Source: a bacterium (GTDB lineage Bacteria; UBA10199; 2-02-FULL-44-16; JAAZCA01). Taken from it: a stretch of DNA of 32,000 bases. The first letter of the stretch is position 1, and the number at the start of each line of letters is the position of its first letter. Both the position numbers and the translations under genes were made by a program. Shown here one piece after another: positions 6,393 through 12,869 of the stretch. The stretch lies in assembly GCA_041648665.1 (NCBI GenBank), contig JBAZOP010000024.1, positions 1 through 32,000 of the forward strand, read 5' to 3'. The notes beneath the pieces are model-generated. The model made no database searches, was not told the origin of the DNA, and was given only the letters and a program-made list of their open reading frames with translations.

Positions 6393-7013
6393 ATGAGCAA
6401 GGCACAGACGCACCCAACGACGCTGGCAGGACCACAGAAGATCGCGATCACGCTTCGGGGTAGGCCCGGAAGTCTGCTCGTGGTCCACGCCTTCGCGGAG
6501 AAGGCCAAGAAAGAGATCCGCGACAAGCAACAGAAGAAAGCGAAGCAGGCCAAGGAGGAGCGCCGGCCCGCCGAGGAATGCGAGGCCGCGAAGTACATCG
6601 ACACGCAGGGGCGGGAGTGCATCCCGATCACGGCGATCAAGAAGTCGCTGATCAGCGCAGCGACCGCGTTCGACGACCTGACCAAGGTTGCCTTGCGGCA
6701 GGCGATCTTCGTGGCGGTTGCAGACGACCCCGCCGCGGCGCTCGTGCCCGTCGAGAAGCACGACGGTTCGCCCGCGGTTGGGACGATGCGCGAGGATGCC
6801 GTCACCATCGGCATGAACACGCGGGGGCTCGCATACCGACCCGAGTACCCCGAATGGCAGCTTCGCGTTGTGGTCGAGTACAACCCGCGGTTGGTCAGCG
6901 AGGAGCAGCTGCTTGCGCTCGTGGATCACGCGGGCTGGGGTGTTGGCCTGTGCGAGGGAAGACCGGAGCGTTCGAGTGCTCTGGGTTGGGGGCGATTTGA
7001 ACGTGTTGCCTGA
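6393..7013 (+). CDS. Conserved phage protein of unknown function with a Lys-rich N-terminal segment (206 aa)
   Basis: The ATG at 6393 is preceded by GGAGAA. It has a basic segment (AEKAKKEIRDKQQKKAKQAKEERR) and a C-terminus of the form ...PEWQLRVVVEYNPRLVSEEQLLALVDHAGWGVGLCEGRP...GWGRFERV. No family is confidently recognised. Confidence 0.75.
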   Translation: MSKAQTHPTTLAGPQKIAITLRGRPGSLLVVHAFAEKAKKEIRDKQQKKAKQAKEERRPAEECEAAKYIDTQGRECIPITAIKKSLISAATAFDDLTKVALRQAIFVAVADDPAAALVPVEKHDGSPAVGTMREDAVTIGMNTRGLAYRPEYPEWQLRVVVEYNPRLVSEEQLLALVDHAGWGVGLCEGRPERSSALGWGRFERVA

Positions 7014-7443
7014 CATGGCAGGAGAGGCACTCCCGGGCCTGGCCTGGTTCGGTCGGGCACGGCGTGGACTGGCGCGGCTAGGATTGGCAGGACCGGCCTG
7101 GTTTTGCGTGGCACGGACAGGCCGGGTAGGGCGCGGCAGGATTGGCGGGACGTGGCTCGCAGGGGCGCAGCACAGCATGGTGAGGCCGGGCTGGGCTGGG
7201 GCTGGCAGGCAGGGCAAAGCAGGGTTTGTTCCGGCGCGGCAAGGCTCGGTACGGATTTGCAGGCCGGGCGAGGCATACCGCACAGCGGTGGGGCATGCTC
7301 CGGAGCGGTCAGGCAAGGCAGGAATGGCACGGCAAGGCCCAGTGAGGACTGGTGCGGACGGGCGGGGCAGGAGAGGCGCGGCTGAGTCGGGTCGGGAATG
7401 GCCGTGTGCAACACGGCTTGGCAGGAATGGATAGGAGGGTAGC
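7014..7443 (+). repeat. Non-coding G-skewed array with GG phased every 5 nt and seven GGCAGG(A) words
   Basis: Hand indexing gives about 72 GG steps with spacings of 5, 10 or 15 nt, except 4 nt at each GGCAGG (7017, 7086, 7135, 7204, 7317, 7366, 7420). For example, 7036-7090 reads ggcct ggcct ggttc ggtcg ggcac ggcgt ggact ggcgc ggcta ggatt ggcag. G greatly exceeds C on the plus strand. The array is bounded exactly by the upstream stop and the downstream SD. Confidence 0.85.
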
Positions 7444-8403
7444 GTGACCTGGAGCAAGATGTCGGACGATTGGCCGGACCACCCCAAGGTCCTGATGTGC
7501 TCGGACCCCGCCGTGGCGCTCTGGCTCCGGTCCATCGCGTACGCCAACCGGCACCTGACAGACGGGTTTGTGCCCGAGTCAATGCTGCCCAAGCTGTCAT
7601 CTCACCGACACGTTCGGAGCATTGTCAGGGAGCTTGTCGAGTGCATTCCACCGACATACTCGCGGGGTCTGTGGGAGCCGGTCGAGGGCGGGTGGATGAT
7701 CCATGGCTTCCTCGATTACTCCCCGTCAAGACAAGAGGTTATGGCCCGGCGCGCAGCGGACGCAGAACGCCAGTCACGGCATCGGTCACAGTGTGAGTCA
7801 CGGCCAGTGTCACAGCGTGACAACACGCGTGAGTCACACAGTGACAAACGCATGTGTCACACCCCTCCCGTCCCGACCCGGCCCCATACAGATCCAGAGA
7901 TCCCCCCTACCCCCCTTGCTTCGCAAGAGGGGAACGCAGACGGATCGCGCAAGCGCTCACGGACCGGACCCCGGACCATCCGGACCCTGCTGCCCCGGGA
8001 GTGGACCCCGACGCTGGAGCACTTCGAGCAGGCCAAGACAGAGGGAGGCCGGAACGCCGGTTGGGTGCAGGACCAGGCGGAACGGATGCGAGACTACGCC
8101 GCGGGCAAGGGCTGGCGCATGGCCGACTGGGACGCCACGTTCCGGAACTGGATCCGCAAGGCCCTGGATTCGAGGCCGTCGCTTGTCGCCTCCGCAGAAC
8201 CCGACCCATCCCTCGAAGCCGCCCGCCGCATTGCGCAGACCAACGCCCTGACCCGGGACCGCATCCGGCACGTTCCGAGGCCGGTGCACGTCGAACGGGA
8301 GGCGCCCGTGTCGGAGCAGCCAACAGACCTCACGCCCGCTGAGCAAGCAGAACAGGCCCGGGCAGCGCGCGCGCTCGTGGCCGGGATTGGGAGGGCGATA
8401 TGA
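7444..8403 (+). CDS. Replication initiator / replisome-organiser-like protein (319 aa)
   Basis: The GTG at 7444 is preceded by GGAGGG. The N-terminal segment (WSKMSDDWPDHPKVLMCSDPAVALWLRSIAYANRHLTDGFVP) and the C-terminal segment (LPREWTPTLEHFEQAK...RMRDYAAGKGWRMADWDATFRNWIRKA) resemble phage replication protein N- and C-terminal domains. A Pro-rich linker and an internal iteron cluster separate them. Confidence 0.65.
   Translation: MTWSKMSDDWPDHPKVLMCSDPAVALWLRSIAYANRHLTDGFVPESMLPKLSSHRHVRSIVRELVECIPPTYSRGLWEPVEGGWMIHGFLDYSPSRQEVMARRAADAERQSRHRSQCESRPVSQRDNTRESHSDKRMCHTPPVPTRPHTDPEIPPTPLASQEGNADGSRKRSRTGPRTIRTLLPREWTPTLEHFEQAKTEGGRNAGWVQDQAERMRDYAAGKGWRMADWDATFRNWIRKALDSRPSLVASAEPDPSLEAARRIAQTNALTRDRIRHVPRPVHVEREAPVSEQPTDLTPAEQAEQARAARALVAGIGRAI
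7771..7861. promoter_or_regulatory. Candidate origin iterons inside the initiator gene (four ~24-bp units with GTCAC cores)
   Basis: GTCAC at 7773, 7785, 7797 and 7809 (exactly 12 bp apart), and at 7833 and 7856; GTGAC at 7817 and 7841. Palindromes are TGTCACAGCGTGACA (7808-7822) and GTCACACAGTGAC (7833-7845). The units start at 7771, 7795, 7819 and 7843. Confidence 0.5.
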
Positions 8404-8546
8404 TTCCGATGCCCATCTTCGACATGGACGGGATGCGGCGTGTCACCGTTCGAAGCGGGGAGATCGAATACTTCCGAATCTTGCCCAACGGCCGATGGTT
8501 CATCCGCGCCTATCACTTCGTGAACATGCACTGGGGCGAGTCATGA
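8400..8546 (+). CDS. Hypothetical protein (48 aa)
   Basis: Below the track cutoff. The ATG at 8400 overlaps the initiator stop (ATGA) and is preceded by GGGAGGG. Third codon positions are G/C-rich. It reads MIPMPIFDMDGMRRVTVRSGEIEYFRILPNGRWFIRAYHFVNMHWGES, and its stop overlaps the next ATG. Confidence 0.6.
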   Translation: MIPMPIFDMDGMRRVTVRSGEIEYFRILPNGRWFIRAYHFVNMHWGES

Positions 8547-8791
8547 GTTACTGCCGATTCTCCGAACGCAGCAGCGTCTACGTGTACCACGACATCAACG
8601 GCATGCTCCGGTGCTGCTCGTGCTCCCTGCACGGCCCGGAGTTCTACGACACGCGCACGGGCATTCTCGAACACCTGCAAGAGCACATCGACAAGGGCGG
8701 CCGGGTTCCGTCCGATGTCATCGGTGCGCTGCGGGAAGAGATCCGGTTGTTCGGGGACTCGACTTTCGGCGCGGAAGGAAACCAGCGATGA
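8543..8791 (+). CDS. Small Cys/His-containing protein (82 aa)
   Basis: The ATG at 8543 has an ATGA overlap. It reads MSYCRFSERSSVYVYHDINGMLRCCSCSLHGPEFYDTRTGILEHLQEHIDKGGRVP, a pattern seen in small phage proteins of unknown function. Confidence 0.7.
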   Translation: MSYCRFSERSSVYVYHDINGMLRCCSCSLHGPEFYDTRTGILEHLQEHIDKGGRVPSDVIGALREEIRLFGDSTFGAEGNQR

Positions 8792-9033
8792 CCCACGACC
8801 GCCGCGCCTACCAGCGCGCCGTGCACATCGCCCTGTCCTGCGTTCCCCTGCCCGAGGCCGCTGCAGACGAGGTGGCACGGGCACAGGGACTGCTGATGCG
8901 CAACACCGGCTACGACCTCGACGATGCCCGGGAGGCACTGCTGCGGGCCGCGACGCTGATACCGGCGAAGTGGTCGGACGCGATGATGGCCGAGGTGATT
9001 GTTGAACACGAACACAGGAGACTGAACCAATGA
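8788..9033 (+). CDS. Small protein with an ANTAR-like (RNA-binding antiterminator) segment (81 aa)
   Basis: The ATG at 8788 has an ATGA overlap and is preceded by GGAAGGAA. VARAQGLLMRNTGYDLDDAREALLRAA...MAEVIV parallels the ANTAR core (I..AKGiLM...g.se.eAy..Lr..A......vAe.i.). Coding status is confident; the domain call is tentative. Confidence 0.5.
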   Translation: MTHDRRAYQRAVHIALSCVPLPEAAADEVARAQGLLMRNTGYDLDDAREALLRAATLIPAKWSDAMMAEVIVEHEHRRLNQ

Positions 9034-9401
9034 ACGACACAACGATTGAAGCATGTGCAAGAGCGGCTCACGAAGCGAACAGGGCATGGTGCCTTGCCCA
9101 TGGCGACACGTCACAACCCCCGTGGGAGCAAGCGCCGGATTGGCAGAAGTCCAGCGCCATGAACGGCGTGCAGGGCGTTCTGAACGGCAACACGCCTGAA
9201 CAGTCGCACGAGTCGTGGCTTGCAGAGAAGGCCGCAGCTGGGTGGAAGCACGGGCCGACGAAGGACCCGGACAAGAAAGAACACCCGTGCTTCGTGTCGT
9301 ATGCTGAGCTTCCCCCCGAACAGCGAGCGAAGGATCATATTTTTGTGACCGTGGTTCGGGCGATGGTGGATGCGTTCTTTCCTAAGAAGGCGCATGGGTG
9401 A
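9030..9401 (+). CDS. RyR (ryanodine-receptor-type) domain protein (123 aa)
   Basis: AAHEANRAW...SHESWLAEKAAAGWKHGPTKDPDKKEHPCFVSYAELPPEQRAKDHIFV matches the bacterial/phage RyR domain pattern (HE.W....GW.yGp..d...k.HP.lvpY.eLp...k..D). Confidence 0.8.
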   Translation: MNDTTIEACARAAHEANRAWCLAHGDTSQPPWEQAPDWQKSSAMNGVQGVLNGNTPEQSHESWLAEKAAAGWKHGPTKDPDKKEHPCFVSYAELPPEQRAKDHIFVTVVRAMVDAFFPKKAHG

Positions 9402-9426
9402 TTGTCGAGCAAGGGAGGAAAGCGGG

Positions 9427-9699
9427 ATGAGAAATCCAGACGGAAAGGATCCTATGGTTCCTTGGATCGTTGTGCACTACGTAGATCTGATGTTCCCACT
9501 GTGGAAAGACGATGCATTATTCCTTCACTCCGATTTGTGGGTTGGGCAGCACGAATACGGCGGAAGGTGGCGATTCACCGTCGAACTGAAGCGCAGGGGC
9601 AAGCGCCGCACGTTCTCTGGTTGGAGAGACAGCAGATTTCAGGCCATGAGGGCAGCGGAGCAAAGGGCGCGGGAGTGGGAGGCTCGTTTCTTCTCATGA
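9427..9699 (+). CDS. Hypothetical protein (90 aa)
   Basis: The ATG at 9427 is preceded by GGGAGGAAAG, and the stop overlaps the next ATG. No family recognised. Confidence 0.7.
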   Translation: MRNPDGKDPMVPWIVVHYVDLMFPLWKDDALFLHSDLWVGQHEYGGRWRFTVELKRRGKRRTFSGWRDSRFQAMRAAEQRAREWEARFFS

Positions 9700-10037
9700 A
9701 AGCAACGGTGCAGTTCGATGTGGATGACGATCCGAGCGGGTGGCACGCAGACGACCTGGCCCGAGCCGTGGAGAAGGCAGTCAACAGAGTCGGAGTTCTC
9801 ACCCTTGGCCCCGTGCGGGTAAGCATTGAGGCGGAGCCGGAGAGCGGCACGGCGCTGCGCACACAGGCGGACTGGATGGATGCCCGGGAAGACGTGCTCA
9901 AGTCCGCGCACCTCGAATACATCGAAGCCGAGGAAGAAAAGTTGGTGCGTGTTGCGAAGGCAATGGGTCTCATTGGCGACACCTCCAAGCCCCGCTGGTG
10001 GGACGGCACGGGCGAGGAGGGGGGAGGGAGACGATGA
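9696..10037 (+). CDS. Hypothetical acidic protein (113 aa)
   Basis: ATGA overlaps at both ends (9696 and 10034). It reads MKATVQFDVDDDPSGWHADDLARAVEKAV... Confidence 0.75.
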   Translation: MKATVQFDVDDDPSGWHADDLARAVEKAVNRVGVLTLGPVRVSIEAEPESGTALRTQADWMDAREDVLKSAHLEYIEAEEEKLVRVAKAMGLIGDTSKPRWWDGTGEEGGGRR

Positions 10038-10318
10038 GCAACAGGTCCCTGCCCCTGCCGTTGCGCCCAGACCTGCGTGCGTTCTTCGAGGAGACGGCTG
10101 CCCACTACCCGGCGACGACCGAGGAGCAGTGGTATTACGTGGTACGGCCGCGAAAGAGGCAGAGTCGGGTTGAAGTCGCAGCAGACTTGCGCGATGGGGT
10201 GCGCGACTTGGCGAAGAATGTAGGCCGGTGTTTCACCGATGGGGCTCTTGTGTGGTGGCCGAAGGAGCGTGGGCCCAAGGGCGAGCCAGAGATCTGGATC
10301 CGTTGGAGGCGCCGCTGA
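10034..10318 (+). CDS. Hypothetical protein (94 aa)
   Basis: The ATG at 10034 is preceded by GGGAGGGAG and has an ATGA overlap. The stop overlaps the next ATG (TGATG). Confidence 0.75.
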   Translation: MSNRSLPLPLRPDLRAFFEETAAHYPATTEEQWYYVVRPRKRQSRVEVAADLRDGVRDLAKNVGRCFTDGALVWWPKERGPKGEPEIWIRWRRR

Positions 10319-10812
10319 TGCCCCGCACCTGCACCATCTGCGCGCACCCGAAGCGGGGCGACATCGATGCGGCGATGCTCGCGGGTACATCGTTGCGGGA
10401 CATCGCGGGACAGTACGGAACGAGCAAGAGCAACCTCGATCGCCACCGCGATCACATCCCCGCTGCCCTGACCAAGGCCAAGGCTGCAGCCGAGGTTGCC
10501 GCCGCCGACACGCTGCTCGCTCAGGTGATCAAGCACCGGGACGACGCGGCATGGTTCGTGGAGCAGGCCCGCGAGATTGTTGAGGAGGCGCGCGAGGCCA
10601 AGAACACGATCGCGGCCATCGAGGCAATCAAGTCGGTGGCGCCGCACCTACGTGAAGCCAAGGGCGCCCTTGAGCTGCTCGGTCGCGTGACGGGCGAGCT
10701 CCAGGACAAGGCTGCGATCCAGATCGACGCCCGCAGCGTGACCCTGATGTCCGACCGCGAGCTTCTGGAACTGGTCGAGGCCGAGGCGCGCAAACAACTG
10801 GGGCGGGCATGA
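10318..10812 (+). CDS. Putative terminase small subunit (CxxC plus HTH N-terminus, coiled-coil body; 164 aa)
   Basis: MPRTCTICAHPKRGDIDAAMLAGTSLRDIAGQYGTSKSNLDRHRDH is the N-terminal pattern seen in many phage small terminases. It lies upstream of TerL. The call rests on position and motif only. Confidence 0.55.
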   Translation: MPRTCTICAHPKRGDIDAAMLAGTSLRDIAGQYGTSKSNLDRHRDHIPAALTKAKAAAEVAAADTLLAQVIKHRDDAAWFVEQAREIVEEAREAKNTIAAIEAIKSVAPHLREAKGALELLGRVTGELQDKAAIQIDARSVTLMSDRELLELVEAEARKQLGRA

Positions 10813-11243
10813 TCATCCGCCCCGCCGCCCCCGATGACCTCGCGTGGATCTACTCCACGTGGCTCGGTACGGCTACCAGCGACGGGTACCTGGAGCACAC
10901 GACAGACAGGCGCGTACGCGAGTGCCCCAGGGCCGAATTCTTCCCGCGTTGGCGCGCGCTCGCGGGGCGCCTGCTGTCACGGTCGCGCGTCGCCATTGCC
11001 ACGCACGAGGCAGACCCCACGGTCATCTGCGGCTGGCTCTGCTGGACGCCGGGTAGCCCGCCGTGGGTCCACTACGTCCACGTCCGCAGGCGCATGCGCA
11101 GGCATGGGGTGGCCCGCGCGCTGCTGGAGGCGGCCAAGATCGATCGGTCCGCGCGCGCACTGTACTCGCACCGGACGGACTACTCGGACGCAATCGTTCC
11201 TGACGCATGGTCGTATCGGCCATGGCTGCTGATTGGAGTGTAA
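10809..11243 (+). CDS. GNAT-like acetyltransferase (144 aa)
   Basis: WVHYVHVRRRMRRHGVARALLEAA resembles GNAT motif A (R-x-x-G-x-A). ATGA overlap at 10809. Confidence 0.55.
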   Translation: MIIRPAAPDDLAWIYSTWLGTATSDGYLEHTTDRRVRECPRAEFFPRWRALAGRLLSRSRVAIATHEADPTVICGWLCWTPGSPPWVHYVHVRRRMRRHGVARALLEAAKIDRSARALYSHRTDYSDAIVPDAWSYRPWLLIGV

Positions 11244-11247
11244 GGCA

Positions 11248-11499
11248 ATGCTCACCAAGCTCGATACCGCGAAACTCTGTACCCCTATCCAACTCGGTAG
11301 ACGATTCACGCAGCCCGCAACCGATCTCATGGATCCATCCGCGGTCAAGGAAGGCTCGGCAGGCGCATGTGCCGTCAAGGAACTGTCCTACGATGACAAG
11401 CGTCGCATGGTGCTCGCGGTCGGCCCGGACGGGCGCCCGCACCTGATTCCCATCTCGAACGTGGCAGAGATGGTGCCGCACGAGGACGCCCCCGCGTGA
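11248..11499 (+). CDS. Hypothetical protein (83 aa)
   Basis: The ATG at 11248 follows GGAG, and the stop overlaps the TerL GTG (GTGA). Confidence 0.6.
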   Translation: MLTKLDTAKLCTPIQLGRRFTQPATDLMDPSAVKEGSAGACAVKELSYDDKRRMVLAVGPDGRPHLIPISNVAEMVPHEDAPA

Positions 11500-12869
11500 C
11501 CAATCCGCTTCCGCTCGCGCTGTCGGAGTTGCGCCGCAGGGGGCGTTGGGCGTTCCCTTGGCGCGGCACGATGTACCCGGCGCAGCTCGCAATCCTGGAT
11601 GACACCGCCAAGCGCAAGGTCTTCCTGGGCGCGGGCAGGTGTGGCAAGACGTTCGTGAGCAACGCGGGCCTGCTGGAAGCGGCGACCAAGCACCCGGGCG
11701 GTACTGCGCTGTATCTGTCGCTGACGGGCAAGCAGTGCCGCGCGAACCTGTGGCCCAGTCTGCTGGAGTACAACTCACGGTACACGCTCGGGATGACCAT
11801 GCCCGCGAGCGTGATGACCGCCGAGTGCCCGAACGGAAGCAGGATCGAGATAAGCGGCGCCGACGCAGAGAACGCGGTCGAGCGCCTACGTGGCCGTCCG
11901 TTCTCGCGGGTCATCATCGACGAACCGGGTTCGTTCGACCCGGGGCGGCTCGCGTATCTCGTGCAGGAGGTGCTAGGGCCGCGCCTGCGTGACTACGAGG
12001 GCGACCTGTGGTTCGCGGGCACGCCCAGTGCCATCCTGGCCGGCGAGTTCTACGAGGCGTGCGAGGGCGCGCGTGCGTGGGCCGGGCACATCTACCGCGC
12101 CACGATGCGGGACAATCCCTACTTCGCTGGAAGGGCTGAGCGACTGCTCGCTGAAGCGATGGCAGAGTACGGCTGGACGAAAGACACTCCCGCCTACCTG
12201 CGAGAGTATGAAGGCGTGTGGGCGCGCGACACGAGCGCGATGGTGTTCGACCTCGACCCGGCCCGCAACTTCGTGGACGCTCCCCCGCCCGGGCTGCGCC
12301 ACGTCATCAGCGTTGACCTCGGCACCAGCACCACGCGCGAGACTACGGCCTTCGTTGTCACGGGCTACATCGTCGGCGGCATGGCATATCCCGTCTACGC
12401 TCGCAAGCACGCGGGGCTCACACCAAGCGACATCGGCGTCGAGCTCGCGCGCCTGGTCGCCAAGCACGCGCCGCTTGCCATCGTGATGGACCACGGCGGC
12501 TTGGGCGGCGGGTACATCAAAGAGATTCAGCAGCGCTTCGGCCTGCCCGTGCAGCCTGTGCAGAAGCAGGACAAGCTCGGGTACGTGCAGCTACTGGCCG
12601 GCGACCTTCGCACGGGCAAGGTAGCGATCGTGCGGCCCGAGTGTGCGGATCTGATCGCGGAGCTGAACGTGCTGCAGTGGAACGAGAAGCGCGACGGATT
12701 CGACGCGCGGTTCGCGGACCACGCCACCGATGCACTGATCTACGGGTGGCGCGAGTGCCGCCAATACCTGCGTGCGCCCGCGGTGAAGCTCGATACCAGG
12801 ACAGAAGAGCAAATCATGATGGATCGGGAGGACCATATCGCGTCCGTCCCGTGGTGGAAACGGAGATGA
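11496..12869 (+). CDS. terL: Terminase large subunit (457 aa)
   Basis: Walker A GAGRCGKT and Walker B RVIIDEPG are present, with a C-terminal nuclease-like half. Size and position upstream of the portal fit. Confidence 0.85.
   Translation: MTNPLPLALSELRRRGRWAFPWRGTMYPAQLAILDDTAKRKVFLGAGRCGKTFVSNAGLLEAATKHPGGTALYLSLTGKQCRANLWPSLLEYNSRYTLGMTMPASVMTAECPNGSRIEISGADAENAVERLRGRPFSRVIIDEPGSFDPGRLAYLVQEVLGPRLRDYEGDLWFAGTPSAILAGEFYEACEGARAWAGHIYRATMRDNPYFAGRAERLLAEAMAEYGWTKDTPAYLREYEGVWARDTSAMVFDLDPARNFVDAPPPGLRHVISVDLGTSTTRETTAFVVTGYIVGGMAYPVYARKHAGLTPSDIGVELARLVAKHAPLAIVMDHGGLGGGYIKEIQQRFGLPVQPVQKQDKLGYVQLLAGDLRTGKVAIVRPECADLIAELNVLQWNEKRDGFDARFADHATDALIYGWRECRQYLRAPAVKLDTRTEEQIMMDREDHIASVPWWKRR

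Noticed and set aside
7014-7443. CsrA/RsmA sponge sRNA (CsrB/RsmZ-like) interpretation of the GGA-rich array
   Set aside because: I counted 16 GGA, roughly what the base composition alone predicts. Only the longer word CAGGA (six copies) looks enriched. The GGA motifs are not obviously in hairpin loops, and the host is unknown. I kept it only as a minor alternative within the main finding.
6330-7600. Long ORFs spanning the G-array (6330..7592 -, 6926..7600 -, 6868..7434 +, 7104..7385 +)
   Set aside because: The DNA periodicity is 5 nt, not 3. The products are Pro/Arg/Gly-rich low-complexity sequence with no SD, and they overlap well-supported genes. Stop codons are scarce only because the region is A/T-poor.
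8387-8791. Single 134-aa ORF from 8387
   Set aside because: Its first 52 aa are Arg/His-rich. A different frame holds a well-formed 48-aa ORF (8400..8546) with ATGA coupling at both ends and G/C-rich third positions, so two genes are more likely.
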